Source: an uncultured Arcanobacterium sp. (GTDB lineage: Bacteria > Actinomycetota > Actinomycetes > Actinomycetales > Actinomycetaceae). Taken from it: a stretch of DNA of 64,000 bases. The notes under the pieces were generated by a model. It saw only the letters and a program-made list of their open reading frames with translations, was not told the origin of the DNA and did no database searches. This document shows positions 52,332 through 62,931 of this stretch, piece by piece (positions within the stretch are counted from its first letter, which is position 1; each line of letters opens with the position of its first letter). The stretch is taken from NCBI GenBank assembly GCA_945874735.1, contig CAMCHI010000004.1, positions 508-64,507 on the forward strand. The letters run 5' to 3'. The position numbers and the translations under genes are program-made.

Positions 52332-54131
52332 ATGGCATTACACAAGTTGTCCGAATTATTTGTTCGTACACTGCGTGAAAATCCTGCTGATGCGGAAGTT
52401 GATTCGCATAAACTTTTAGTACGTGCTGGATATATTCGGCGTGTATCGCCAGGTGTATATACTTGGCTGCCTTTAGGGCTGAAAGTTTTGCGCAAAGTGG
52501 AAGCTATCGTGCGGGAAGAAATGGAGGCAGCGGGAGCACAGGAAGTGCTATTTCCGGCACTCTTGCCACGTGAACCGTATGAGGCCACTAATCGGTGGGA
52601 AGAATATGGGCCTAATCTTTTCCGTCTAAAAGATAGACGGGGTAACGATTATTTGCTTGCCCCTACTCATGAGGAAATGTTTACTTTAATCGTGAAGGAT
52701 CTTTATTCCTCATATAAGGATTTGCCATTAACGATTTATCAGATTCAAAACAAATATCGTGACGAAGCTCGTCCGCGCGCAGGTTTGATTCGCACGCGCG
52801 AATTTTTAATGAAAGATGCTTATTCTTTCGATATTGATGAGGAAGGTTTAGCGCAGTCTTATGATGCTATGCGTGAAGCCTACAAACAGATTTTTACCCG
52901 TCTAGGTATTCCATTTGTGATTTGTGCTGCCACTTCCGGAGCTATGGGTGGATCACGTTCGGAAGAATTCTTGTTCCCTTGTGAAATTGGGGAGGACACG
53001 TTTGTGTCTTCTGCGGGAGGTTATGCTGCTAATACTGAAGCGGTTACTACTCCAGCGGTACCTGCGGTAGATTATGCGCATGTGCCTTCTGCGCAGGTAG
53101 TGAAAACTCCAGGAGCGAACACTATCGAGTCATTAGTTGCGCAAATGCAAGCTGCAGTCCCACGCGCAGAAGGAGTGTGGGAAGCAAAAGACACCTTAAA
53201 GAATGTAGTGTTAGTGGCTAATCACCCTGATGGTACTCGGGAATTATTTGTAGTGGGTGTGCCAGGCGATAGGGAAGTAGACCTAAAGCGGGTAGAGGCT
53301 AATATGTCGCCTGCTGAAATTGATGTAGCTACTCCAGAAGATTTCGCTCAGCATCCAGAATTAGTGCCTGGATATATTGGCCCGCAAGTTATTGGCCCTA
53401 ATTCTGCACAGCGTACTGTAGATGAGCAGGGTAAGGTGGCTGGTTCGGTACGTTACTTCCTAGATGCGCATATTGCGCACGGTTCAGCATGGATTACGGG
53501 CGCAAATGCGCTAGATGAGCACGTAATTAATTTAGTGTACGGACGTGATTTTGTGGCTGACGGCACGATTGAGGCTGTAGAAGTGCGTGCTGGGGACGAA
53601 GCGCCAGATGGATCTGGCCCGTTGTCTATTGAACGCGGTATCGAAGTAGGCCATATCTTTGCGTTAGGGCAAAAGTATGCCAAAGCTCTAGAACTAAAGG
53701 TGCTGGATCAAAACGGTAAGATCAAAACAGTAACTATGGGCTCTTATGGTATTGGCGTATCACGAGTGATGGCAGCATTAGCTGAGCTGAATCATGATGA
53801 TAAAGGGCTATGCTGGCCAGCGCACGTAGCACCTGCACAAGTACAGGTAATTGCTACTGGTAAAGGTGAAGAACTTTTCGCTGCGGCTGCTGATTTAGCG
53901 CGTGCTCTACATGAGCAAGGTTTAGATGTATTCTACGATGACCGGCTAAAGGTATCGGCAGGAGTTAAGTTTGCTGATTTTGAGCTATTAGGCGTGCCTT
54001 ACGCACTAGTGGTAGGGCGAGGTTTTGTAGACGGACTGGTAGAAATTAAAGACCGTCGTAGTGGCGAATCAGTAGAAGTGCCAATAGCGCAAGCAGTAGC
54101 TGTGTTGAGCGAAAAACTACTTCCAGCCTAA
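52332..54131 (+). CDS. proS: Proline-tRNA ligase
   Basis: [41 protein letters not shown]. Confidence 0.97.
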   Translation: MALHKLSELFVRTLRENPADAEVDSHKLLVRAGYIRRVSPGVYTWLPLGLKVLRKVEAIVREEMEAAGAQEVLFPALLPREPYEATNRWEEYGPNLFRLKDRRGNDYLLAPTHEEMFTLIVKDLYSSYKDLPLTIYQIQNKYRDEARPRAGLIRTREFLMKDAYSFDIDEEGLAQSYDAMREAYKQIFTRLGIPFVICAATSGAMGGSRSEEFLFPCEIGEDTFVSSAGGYAANTEAVTTPAVPAVDYAHVPSAQVVKTPGANTIESLVAQMQAAVPRAEGVWEAKDTLKNVVLVANHPDGTRELFVVGVPGDREVDLKRVEANMSPAEIDVATPEDFAQHPELVPGYIGPQVIGPNSAQRTVDEQGKVAGSVRYFLDAHIAHGSAWITGANALDEHVINLVYGRDFVADGTIEAVEVRAGDEAPDGSGPLSIERGIEVGHIFALGQKYAKALELKVLDQNGKIKTVTMGSYGIGVSRVMAALAELNHDDKGLCWPAHVAPAQVQVIATGKGEELFAAAADLARALHEQGLDVFYDDRLKVSAGVKFADFELLGVPYALVVGRGFVDGLVEIKDRRSGESVEVPIAQAVAVLSEKLLPA

Positions 54132-55073
54132 TACTGCTTGGGTTTGCAAATCGGTAAAGACTGCTAGTTTTGCAATTAATAGTGCCACTTGATTCAAATC
54201 GGTGGCACTATATTTTTCTATTTGCGTAGATATTTCTTGTAACAGGGCAGGAATTAATAAGGGGAGTGGGTCGTTAGTTAGAATGTCAGCGGTAGATGCG
54301 GAAGTATCAGTATTACTCGGATAGTAAGGAGTAAGGATTTCGCGTTCTACTATGGGTAGAACAGCTATTGCATCCGCTTGTAGTACCGTTAAGGTTGCTA
54401 ATTCAGTTTTAAGATTTTGGTATGCAGTATCTGCAGTGCTAGTCAGTAAATGTTCGCGTAACTGTATTGCTTTATCTAAAGCAGGTACTAGAGAAGTTTG
54501 GGTTAATAAATCTGTAAGTTTAGCAAGTTCTAAATCTGGGGTGGGATTAGGAAGCTGATAGTGTGTACTTAGTTGTGTAGCGTGATAGTAAACTTTAGCT
54601 TTGAGAGCCGTAAGAAAGGTGCGATTTAGCTTAGGATCTGGTGCTAACGTGATGAGCTGATCTAAATCTGTTTGGATTTCAGAAAGGAGAGTTAGTAAGC
54701 CTTGAGGCTGTTGCGTAGCAGGTAAATCTGGTGGTGTTAAGTTCAGGGTAGGATTTTGGTACCCGCTAGGTGCACCTTGCGGCCAAGGTATCCATATTTG
54801 ACCGAGCAGCGTGCGCCAAGTAGCGCTATCGGTACTTAGACTAGAGAGTTCTAACTGGGTAGCTAAAGTTTCAATTTGGTGAATTTTAATGACGGTATTT
54901 TGTCTGGCAACTTGAAATTTAGAAGCTGGTGGAGGAGTTAAATCTGGATACTGGTAACGTACTCCCAAGAAGTAACCTGCCGTCCCTAGTAGTAAGCCAA
55001 GTAGGCAAATAGCGCCTAATAAACGTGTTATCCACGGGAGTGATGTAACTGTTCGAGGGCGAGAAGCAGTCAT
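54117..55073 (-). CDS. Hypothetical membrane-anchored protein
   Basis: 318-aa ORF filling the proS-rimP gap; N-terminal hydrophobic segment; mostly helical; 15-nt convergent overlap with proS. Confidence 0.75.
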   Translation of the reverse strand: MTASRPRTVTSLPWITRLLGAICLLGLLLGTAGYFLGVRYQYPDLTPPPASKFQVARQNTVIKIHQIETLATQLELSSLSTDSATWRTLLGQIWIPWPQGAPSGYQNPTLNLTPPDLPATQQPQGLLTLLSEIQTDLDQLITLAPDPKLNRTFLTALKAKVYYHATQLSTHYQLPNPTPDLELAKLTDLLTQTSLVPALDKAIQLREHLLTSTADTAYQNLKTELATLTVLQADAIAVLPIVEREILTPYYPSNTDTSASTADILTNDPLPLLIPALLQEISTQIEKYSATDLNQVALLIAKLAVFTDLQTQAVLGWK

Positions 55074-55201
55074 GATGGCTAATATTTTTCCTTAAAACTA
55101 GGGAGTTTTCTTAAGAAGTGAAGCATAGGTTAAATAAATAAAATTTCGCTAGGGAAAAAGTTATTTAGAAAACTGCAGTGCTCCGCGCTACTCTATTGTA
55201 T

Positions 55202-55732
55202 ATGGTAGGAAAAGCAGAGTTAAGCACAGATAAGCTCACCGCGGGTTTAGGGCTATTAATCACTGATGCAGGTTATTTTTTAGAAGAAGTCAGTGTGCTG
55301 CGCAGTGGAAAGTATGTGACTTTGCGGGTGATAGTGGATTTGTGTGCAGGTACAGAAGTAATTAGCAGTGATGAACTGGATCAGCTTACTGGAAAAATTT
55401 CTACATATTTAGACGAACATGATCCGTTTACTGCTCCTTATGTTTTGGAAGTATCTTCGCCAGGGGCAGAGCGGAAGTTGAAAACATTGCGTCACTATCA
55501 GCGCGCTTTAGGGCGAATTGCTGAACTAAAATTAAATAGTGGCGAGAAACTCACTGCTCGTATAACTGCGGTAACGGACGCTTATCTTACTGTAGTACCC
55601 GTTACGAAAGTGCCGAAAAGCAATAAAATTATTCTCGGCGCGGCTATTGATATAAAATTTGAGGAAATAAAACGTGCTCGCCAACAAGTAGAGTTGGGGC
55701 AGTTAGTAGAAGTATTAGGGCAAGAGGAGTAG
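55202..55732 (+). CDS. rimP: Ribosome maturation factor RimP
   Basis: YVLEVSSPGAERKL; first gene of the rimP-nusA-infB cluster; likely leaderless start at 55202. Confidence 0.9.
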   Translation: MVGKAELSTDKLTAGLGLLITDAGYFLEEVSVLRSGKYVTLRVIVDLCAGTEVISSDELDQLTGKISTYLDEHDPFTAPYVLEVSSPGAERKLKTLRHYQRALGRIAELKLNSGEKLTARITAVTDAYLTVVPVTKVPKSNKIILGAAIDIKFEEIKRARQQVELGQLVEVLGQEE

Positions 55733-55735
55733 TAA

Positions 55736-56731
55736 GTGGATATTTCAATGAATGAACTCCGCGTAGTTGAATCGGAGTTAGGCATAAACTTAAGTGTTTT
55801 AATTGAAACCATTGAAGATGCTCTTTTGCATGCATACAATCGAGTGCCAGGAGCTATTAAAGGGGCACGAGTAGAGCTAGATCGTAGCAGTGGAAAAGTA
55901 GCAGTGTATGCGCCAGAGTTAGATGAAAATAATCAGGTGGTTGGGGAGTTTGACGATACTCCAAATGATTTTGGCAGAATTGCTACTGCTACGGCTCGAT
56001 CAATTATTGCACAGCGGTTACGTGATGCAGAAAGTGCCCGTATTTTGGGTAGTTTTCAAGGTAAACAAGGGCAAATCGTATCAGGCGTAGTAGAAGGTAA
56101 TGCGGGTAAATCGACAGAGTCGCGTGACCTTTTCGTGGAACTAGGAGAAAATCGAGGCGTTTTACGTGCCGAGGAACAGGTTGCTACTGAACATTATCGT
56201 CATGGAGATTTGATTCGTGCTCTGATCTTAGATATTTCGGTAGGTTCGCGTGGTGCTTCAATCCGTTTAAGCCGTTCACACCCGGATTTTGTGCGCCAAC
56301 TTTTTGAGACGGAAGTGCCTGAAATTGCGCAAGGCATAGTGGAGATTGTGGCTTTGGCTCGTGAAGCAGGGCATCGCAGCAAGATAGCGGTATGGTCTGC
56401 TGATGAAAATGTGGCTGCTAAAGGTGCTACCATTGGGCATAATGCACAGCGTGTACGTGCCGTCACCCAGGAATTACATGGGGAAAAAATTGACGTGGTA
56501 GAGTACGATGATGATCCGGCAAAGTTTATTGCTGCCGCGCTTTCACCAGCAAAAGTGGAGCGTGTGGATATTATCAATCGCGATTTACGTCAAGCATTGG
56601 CAATTGTGCCAGATGATCAAGCCTCTTTGGCTATCGGTAAAGAAGCTCAGAATGTGCGTCTAGCAGCTAAACTCACAGGTTGGTCGATTGATATTAGAAA
56701 ATCTTCAGAAGATCCAGCTAAATTAGCTTAA
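55736..56731 (+). CDS. nusA: Transcription factor NusA
   Basis: FGRIATATAR, S1 domain, LSRSHP, REAGHRSKIAV, AIGKEAQNVRLAAKLTGW. Confidence 0.97.
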   Translation: MDISMNELRVVESELGINLSVLIETIEDALLHAYNRVPGAIKGARVELDRSSGKVAVYAPELDENNQVVGEFDDTPNDFGRIATATARSIIAQRLRDAESARILGSFQGKQGQIVSGVVEGNAGKSTESRDLFVELGENRGVLRAEEQVATEHYRHGDLIRALILDISVGSRGASIRLSRSHPDFVRQLFETEVPEIAQGIVEIVALAREAGHRSKIAVWSADENVAAKGATIGHNAQRVRAVTQELHGEKIDVVEYDDDPAKFIAAALSPAKVERVDIINRDLRQALAIVPDDQASLAIGKEAQNVRLAAKLTGWSIDIRKSSEDPAKLA

Positions 56732-56736
56732 ACGTT

Positions 56737-56784
56737 AAACACAGGTGGTGAGATGAGTTAAGTAAATTTCACCACCTGTGTTTT
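56737..56784 (+). terminator. Intrinsic terminator after nusA
   Basis: AAACACAGGTGGTGAGA...TTTCACCACCTGTGTTT plus T. Confidence 0.8.
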
Positions 56785-56904
56785 CCCTAGTGAGCCTATT
56801 CACCACGTTTTTTAGGGTTAAGGCTCTAAATTACGGGGAAAATCAGGTAGACTTAACGTGCATTTGTCCAAACGCTAAATATTAAGAAAGCGGGTAGAAA
56901 GCCG

Positions 56905-56973
56905 ATGGGCACCCGATGAGTACCCAGCGATGAGCTGCCAGTAACACAGGTCTGACGCCACTGCGCGCGGACC
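56905..56973 (+). promoter_or_regulatory. infB leader: three ATGA-chained mini-ORFs followed by a GC hairpin
   Basis: MGTR* at 56905-56919, MSTQR* at 56916-56933, MSCQ* at 56930-56944; hairpin GGTCTG...CGGACC at 56949-56973; AGGAG SD at 56981-56985. The pattern is directly visible; its function is inferred. Confidence 0.6.
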
Positions 56974-56989
56974 GCATAGAAGGAGAATT

Positions 56990-59782
56990 GTGGCCAAGGT
57001 CCGCGTACATGAACTTGCCAAGGAATTAGGTATTCCTAGTAAACAATTACTAGAAGTATTAAAAGAAAATGGTGAATTCGTAAAGTCAGCTTCGTCTTCC
57101 ATCGAAGCTCCAGTGGTGCGTCGTGCACGAGAATATTTTGATAAGCACCCAGAATTATTGCCAAAGTCAGCTAGTGAAGCTAGCGATAAAGTTTCTGAAA
57201 AGAAAGCTCAAAACACTGCAGAAGTAGTGGCAACTGCGCAGGTAGAAAGCGCTGGCGAAAAGAAGCCAGTCAAGCCAAAAGCGCCAAAGCCAAGCACTGT
57301 AAAAGCTAATACTGAAGAAGTTGAAAAGCCAACTGTGGAGCAGGCAAACCAGAAGGAAGCAAAGAAACCAGCTACCCCTAATGTGAATGATGCTCCACGC
57401 TTTAGTGAAGCTGGTAAAGAGCCTGCTCCTCCTCGCCCTATGGCGCGAAAAGGTATGCCTCGTCCTGGTAATTCACCTTTTGCTTCATGGCAAGGTATGG
57501 GAAAGCCAAAGCCAGGAGCACAAAACAACGCAGGAGGCAAAGCTCCTCGTCCAGGCAATTCACCTTTCGCTTCGCAACAAGGCATGAATCGTCGCCCAGA
57601 AGGAGCCTCAGCTGGTGGTAATGCCGGACGGCGCGGTGGTGCTGGCAATGGTGGACGTAATAATAATGCTAATAATGCAGAGCGGAATAACCGTCCAAGT
57701 CCTAATATAATGCCAGAGCAGATGCTGCCTGGAGATACGCGCGCAGGGCGCGGCGGTCGGGGCGGTCGCGGCGGCAACGATAATGCAGGCGCTAATAATA
57801 ACTTCCGTGGAGGCGGTTTTACTCGTTCCGGCGGTAAAGCACGTGGCGGTTCTACTGCTGGTGCTTTCGGTCGGCGTACGGGCGGTAAGAAGAAGAACAA
57901 TAACCGCTCTAAGCGTAATGAGTTTGAAGAGTTGCAATCTCCAATGCTGGCAGGCGTGCAAGTACCACGCGGTGACGGCTCTACTTTAGTGCGGGTACGT
58001 CAAGGCGCATCGCTTTCTGACTTTGCTGAAAAGATTGGAGCAGATCCAGCAGCTTTGGTAACGGTTCTTTTCCGAATGGGAGAAATGGCTACTGCCAATC
58101 AATCCTTGGATGAGGATACGTTCCAGTTATTAGGTGCTGAACTGGGTTATGATATTAAAATCATGAGCGCAGAGGACGAAGATCGGGAGATTTTAGAGTC
58201 CTTTGCTATCAACCTAGAAGCAGAGCGCGCGGCAGAAGATGAGGCCAATCTGGTTGCTCGTCCACCAGTAGTTACCGTAATGGGTCACGTGGATCATGGA
58301 AAGACTAAACTTCTTGACGCTATCCGTAATGCTGATGTGGTAGAGGGAGAAGCTGGCGGTATCACCCAGAATATCGGTGCATATCAGGCACACGTAGATA
58401 TTGAAGGGGACGAACGGTTTATCACCTTTATTGACACCCCTGGTCACGAAGCCTTTACCCAGATGCGTGCGCGTGGTGCTGATGTTACTGACGTAGCAAT
58501 TTTGGTGGTTGCTGCTAATGATGGTGTGATGCCACAGACGGTGGAAGCTATCAACCACGTGCAGGCGGCTAACGTGCCAATTGTGGTAGCAGTAAACAAG
58601 ATTGACGTAGAGGGAGCTAACCCGCAAAAGGTGCGCGCACAGCTTACCGAATACGGATTGGTTGCTGAAGAATACGGCGGTGACGTGGCTTTTGTGGATA
58701 TTTCAGCAAAACAGCGTATTAATATCAATGAGCTGCTAGAAACCATCGTAACCACCTCGGATATTTTGGTAACTCCTACTGCTAATCCAAATAAGGCAGC
58801 ACGTGGAGTGGCAATTGAAGCTAAGCTCGATCAGGGACGCGGTTCAGTAATTACTGCACTAATTCAAGACGGTACACTCCGCGTTGGCGATCCGATTGTG
58901 GTCGGCACGGCGTATGGTCGCGTGCGTGCTATGAGTGACGAGCATGGAAACCGTGTGGAAGAAGCAGGGCCATCGCGTCCAGTACAGGTACTAGGTTTAA
59001 CTTCTGTACCTGGAGCTGGTGATCAGCTAATCGTGGCAGAAGATGATCGCACTGCACGGCAAATTGCTGAGCGGCGAGAAGCTGCTAAGCGAGCTGCTAC
59101 TTTGGCTAAGCGTCGCAAGCGTGTATCCCTAGAGGATCTCACTGCAGCTATTGAAGAAGGCAAGGTAGAAAACCTCAACCTCATCATCAAGGGTGATTCT
59201 TCTGGTTCAGTGGAAGCACTAGAATCTGCATTGCTTGAAATCGAGGTAGGCGGCGAAGAAGTACAGCTCAACGTAATTCATCGTGGCGTGGGTGCAATTA
59301 CCCAGTCGGACGTAGACTTGGCTACTGTAGACTCCGCCGTTATTATCGGTTACAACGTACGTCCTGCTGAGCGCGTAGCTGAACTAGCTGATCGTGAAGG
59401 CGTGGAGATGAAGTACTACTCGGTAATCTATGATGCGATTAACGATGTAGAAGATGCGTTAAAGGGCAAGTTGAAGCCGATTTACGAGGAAGTAGAACTA
59501 GGTACTGCCGAAATTCGTCAAGTATTCCGTTCCGGTAAGTTTGGCAATATCGCTGGTTCTATTGTGCGTTCTGGATCGATTAAACGTGGCACTAAAGCAC
59601 GATTAATTCGAGATGGAGCAGTAATTGCTGCCAACTTGGAAATCGAGTCCTTGCGTCGCGAAAAAGATGACGTGACGGAAGTGAAAGACGGTTACGAGTG
59701 TGGTATCACCCTAGGTTACAAAGATATTGCGGAAGGCGACATCATTGAAACTTGGGAACTGCGAGAGAAACCACGGGACTAA
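56990..59782 (+). CDS. infB: Translation initiation factor IF-2
   Basis: [14 protein letters not shown]; [20 protein letters not shown]; GTG start. Confidence 0.98.
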   Translation: MAKVRVHELAKELGIPSKQLLEVLKENGEFVKSASSSIEAPVVRRAREYFDKHPELLPKSASEASDKVSEKKAQNTAEVVATAQVESAGEKKPVKPKAPKPSTVKANTEEVEKPTVEQANQKEAKKPATPNVNDAPRFSEAGKEPAPPRPMARKGMPRPGNSPFASWQGMGKPKPGAQNNAGGKAPRPGNSPFASQQGMNRRPEGASAGGNAGRRGGAGNGGRNNNANNAERNNRPSPNIMPEQMLPGDTRAGRGGRGGRGGNDNAGANNNFRGGGFTRSGGKARGGSTAGAFGRRTGGKKKNNNRSKRNEFEELQSPMLAGVQVPRGDGSTLVRVRQGASLSDFAEKIGADPAALVTVLFRMGEMATANQSLDEDTFQLLGAELGYDIKIMSAEDEDREILESFAINLEAERAAEDEANLVARPPVVTVMGHVDHGKTKLLDAIRNADVVEGEAGGITQNIGAYQAHVDIEGDERFITFIDTPGHEAFTQMRARGADVTDVAILVVAANDGVMPQTVEAINHVQAANVPIVVAVNKIDVEGANPQKVRAQLTEYGLVAEEYGGDVAFVDISAKQRININELLETIVTTSDILVTPTANPNKAARGVAIEAKLDQGRGSVITALIQDGTLRVGDPIVVGTAYGRVRAMSDEHGNRVEEAGPSRPVQVLGLTSVPGAGDQLIVAEDDRTARQIAERREAAKRAATLAKRRKRVSLEDLTAAIEEGKVENLNLIIKGDSSGSVEALESALLEIEVGGEEVQLNVIHRGVGAITQSDVDLATVDSAVIIGYNVRPAERVAELADREGVEMKYYSVIYDAINDVEDALKGKLKPIYEEVELGTAEIRQVFRSGKFGNIAGSIVRSGSIKRGTKARLIRDGAVIAANLEIESLRREKDDVTEVKDGYECGITLGYKDIAEGDIIETWELREKPRD

Positions 59783-59785
59783 AGC

Positions 59786-60235
59786 ATGGCTAATCCACGA
59801 GTAGCGAGAGTTGCTGAGCAGATTCAGCAAATTGTGGCGCGGATGATTGACGAAAAATTACGTGATCCGCGCCTAGGAATGGTGACTATTACCGATGTGC
59901 GTGTTACTGGGGATTTGCAACAGGCTACAGTGTTTTACACTGTGTATGGTTCTGAGCAAGACTTGCGCAATACTGGTAAAGCATTAGAGTCGGCTAAAGG
60001 GCGGATTCGTTCTCAGGTGGGACAGCAACTAGGTTTGCGTTTAACTCCGTCTTTGACTTTCATGCCTGATGCATTACCGGAAACTGCTCGCACTATTGAA
60101 GATGCATTAGTGGCAGCTAAATTCCATGACGAGCAAGTGCGTAAGTTGGCGGCTAATGCTAAACCAGTTGGAGAAGCTGATCCTTATCGCAAGCCACGCG
60201 AAGTAATCGTGGAAGAAATTGTGGAACTAGATTGA
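59786..60235 (+). CDS. rbfA: Ribosome-binding factor A
   Basis: LRDPRLGMVTITDVRVTGDLQQA, LRLTPSLTF. Confidence 0.96.
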   Translation: MANPRVARVAEQIQQIVARMIDEKLRDPRLGMVTITDVRVTGDLQQATVFYTVYGSEQDLRNTGKALESAKGRIRSQVGQQLGLRLTPSLTFMPDALPETARTIEDALVAAKFHDEQVRKLAANAKPVGEADPYRKPREVIVEEIVELD

Positions 60236-61392
60236 GTGAATCTAATATCCAGTTACCTAAACGCCCCTGGGGTGATGTGCCTCGGGGGCGTATTAGTGCG
60301 CCAGCTGGGGTGTTGTTAATTGATAAAGATGCTGGGGTGACTTCTCATGATGTGGTAGGAGCGGTGCGTCGTTTGGCTGCCACTAATAAAGTTGGGCACG
60401 CAGGTACTTTAGATCCTTTAGCCACAGGTTTGCTTACCATAGGGATTGGTAAAGCCACGAAACTATTAACCTATTTAACTGGTTGCGATAAAACTTATGA
60501 AACAGAGATTTTTTTAGGGGTAAGTACCACTACTGAAGATGCACAAGGGGAATTTATTGCGCCTGATTTAGCGGCTAAAAGTATTTTAGCCAGCATTGGA
60601 GAATCAGAAGTAGATCAGGCTATTTGTTCCTTAATTGGTAAATATGCACAGATACCTTCAGCTGTTTCGGCGAAAAAAATTAATGGTAAGCGAGCTTATG
60701 ATTTAGTACGCGCTGGGCAAGAAGTGTCTTTATCGCCGGTAGAGGTAGAAATTTATGATTTTCAACGCTTAAGTCCACTGGCACGGAACTTGGTAGTTTA
60801 TCCGGGATGGGAATTGCTGAGTTTTCGGGCACGAGTGAGTTGCAGTGCTGGTACTTATATTCGGGCTTTAGCTCGTGATTTAGGGGAGCGGCTGGGACTA
60901 GGAGCGCATATTAGGCAGTTGCGTCGTACAGTAGTAGGGCAGTGGAATGTGCAGCAAGCGTACTCGGTAACGCAATTGGTAAATATGGTAGACGTGACTA
61001 ACCAAAAAATAATGGCAAACTTACCGGAAACTACCGAGGATACTTGCAGATTGCTGCGAGAAACTCTAATTGAGACAGGAAAATTTGCTGTTACTGCGTC
61101 TGCAGAAGTGGTAGGAGAGATTACGAAAACGGCAGAGATGGCTTTGCCGGTGATCCCGATAGCTCGGCTGTGTAGACAATTATTTCCGATAGTTATTTTG
61201 TCGGCTCAAGAAGTGCAGGATTTGCAGTTTGGGCGGTTTATTCCTTATCGTCACCCCGATATAGCTAATTTTAAGGTTGGGAAACTTGACGGCGGTAGTG
61301 CTGTGTTTGCTGCTTTTAACACGAGTGGGGAAGCTGTGGCATTGGTGAAACCGCAAGGGAAACATTTGCGCCCGATTTTGCAGTTAATTTAG
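60232..61392 (+). CDS. truB: tRNA pseudouridine55 synthase
   Basis: DKDAGVTSHDVV, KVGHAGTLDPLATG, SAKKINGKRAY, SAGTYIRALARDLG. Confidence 0.95.
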   Translation: MSESNIQLPKRPWGDVPRGRISAPAGVLLIDKDAGVTSHDVVGAVRRLAATNKVGHAGTLDPLATGLLTIGIGKATKLLTYLTGCDKTYETEIFLGVSTTTEDAQGEFIAPDLAAKSILASIGESEVDQAICSLIGKYAQIPSAVSAKKINGKRAYDLVRAGQEVSLSPVEVEIYDFQRLSPLARNLVVYPGWELLSFRARVSCSAGTYIRALARDLGERLGLGAHIRQLRRTVVGQWNVQQAYSVTQLVNMVDVTNQKIMANLPETTEDTCRLLRETLIETGKFAVTASAEVVGEITKTAEMALPVIPIARLCRQLFPIVILSAQEVQDLQFGRFIPYRHPDIANFKVGKLDGGSAVFAAFNTSGEAVALVKPQGKHLRPILQLI

Positions 61393-61554
61393 AGTACATG
61401 AGATTTTTCTGAACTGATGGTGTGCGTAGTTTTGCTGGCAAAGTTCAGGGAAAGATGGCAAAATTTTCGACAGATAGCGACATCTTCTGCTTAGTTTTAT
61501 TGTAATTTTGACTAAAATAGGAAATGTTAGCGACGCTAAGCTAGGCTATAAGAT

Positions 61555-62538
61555 GTGAAAAAAGGTTGCGTAATTGTTGCTTTAGGAACTCCTAAAAGTT
61601 TAGAACTTACGGATATTTCTGATTTCTTACGGGCATTTCTTTCCGATCCGCAAGTGGTAGATTTTCCTAGATGGCTGTGGAAACCGATTTTAGAAAAAAT
61701 TATTTTACGCAATCGTCCTGCTAAAATTGCCCATAATTATGCCAGTATTTGGTTGCCGGCTGGTTCTCCGTTAGAGGTCTACACTAAGACGCAAGCAGCT
61801 TTATTGCAAGAAAAGTTACCGGAAGTAGCAGTTACTTACGCAGTTACTTATCTCGAGCCAGCAATTCGTGATGAGATTTGCAAACTGAGCCAACAGGGCA
61901 TAACGGATATTACTGTTATCCCTCTTTACCCGCAATATACTCCCTCTACGGTGGGGGATATTTATCGACAAATTGCCCAAGTGCGTGCTGATTTCCCTCA
62001 ACTTATGGTGCGTATTGCGCAATCATGGGAAACCTTAGCGGAATATGTAGATTTTTATGTGGAGCAACTTCAACAAGTATTGGAAGTAAATTCAATTGAG
62101 CATTTAGTGTTTTCTTATCATGGTGTGCCACTACGTAAAGCACATCAACCAGTTGCTTATCGTGCGCAGTGTGAAGCTACCACTAACGCTATTTGGCAGG
62201 CTTTGCTGGCTAGTAATCCGAAGGCTCAGTATGCAGATAAGTTAAGTTATGAAACTACTTTCCAGTCTAAATTTGGTCCAGGTAAATGGTTAGCGCCTGC
62301 CACGATTAAACGTATGAAAGAGCTGCCGGCAGGTGGAAAAACTCGGATTGCTGTATTGACTCCTGGGTTTGTAAGTGACTGTATTGAAACTTTAGAAGAA
62401 ATTGATATACAAAATCGTCAAGTATTTTTTGCACATGGCGGTAAAGAATTTGTGTTTATTAATCCGTTAAATGACGCGCCAGTTAGTGGGGAAGTGTTGG
62501 CGCAAGTTTATGCGGCAACTCAAGAAAATTGGGATTAG
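61555..62538 (+). CDS. hemH: Ferrochelatase (E. coli-like sequence type)
   Basis: LGTP, FLSDPQVVD, PLYPQY, FSYHGVP (catalytic His), FQSKFGPGKWL.P, PGFVSDCIETLEEI. Confidence 0.92.
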   Translation: MKKGCVIVALGTPKSLELTDISDFLRAFLSDPQVVDFPRWLWKPILEKIILRNRPAKIAHNYASIWLPAGSPLEVYTKTQAALLQEKLPEVAVTYAVTYLEPAIRDEICKLSQQGITDITVIPLYPQYTPSTVGDIYRQIAQVRADFPQLMVRIAQSWETLAEYVDFYVEQLQQVLEVNSIEHLVFSYHGVPLRKAHQPVAYRAQCEATTNAIWQALLASNPKAQYADKLSYETTFQSKFGPGKWLAPATIKRMKELPAGGKTRIAVLTPGFVSDCIETLEEIDIQNRQVFFAHGGKEFVFINPLNDAPVSGEVLAQVYAATQENWD

Positions 62539-62676
62539 AAATCTGGATTAACTTGCCGAATACGGCTAGCTTATTTGCTTTGCAAAGTGGTATGTGGAGT
62601 GAAGTTAGTAGAATAACGAAACGCGCTTAGCGTACTTATTTCCAGCTGGTTTTAGAAAACTATTAGACTATTTACT

Positions 62677-62931
62677 ATGATTTGTGAATGTAAAACTAAA
62701 AATACAAGTGAGAATTTATCTGCATCTAAAGGGTGTGGGTGTGCAGGTAAGAGGCATGAAGCTACTGCGCCTCATACAGTAACTACCCCTAAACAAGAGG
62801 GGTGCCGTGGCGGAAATTGCGGATGTGGTGGTAAAGGCAAACGCAAAGGGATACGCACCGAAAACACTCCGTTTAATGCTCCAGATGATATTTCTGAGGG
62901 ACGCAACCAGTTGGGTTTGCGAGGAATTTAA
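62677..62931 (+). CDS. 84-aa Cys/Gly-rich metallothionein-like small protein
   Basis: CEC, CGC and C-x4-CGC clusters (7 Cys, 2 His); TAGACT -10 lies 7 nt before the ATG; TAATG overlap with ribF. Confidence 0.75.
   Translation: MICECKTKNTSENLSASKGCGCAGKRHEATAPHTVTTPKQEGCRGGNCGCGGKGKRKGIRTENTPFNAPDDISEGRNQLGLRGI

Noticed and set aside
57208-57900. 230-aa Pro-rich minus-strand ORF
   Set aside because: Antisense shadow of the Gly/Arg/Asn-rich IF2 N-terminal region.
61541-61559. Possible DtxR box before hemH
   Set aside because: Only about 11-12/19 matches, and the core TAGGCT is better explained as the -10 element.
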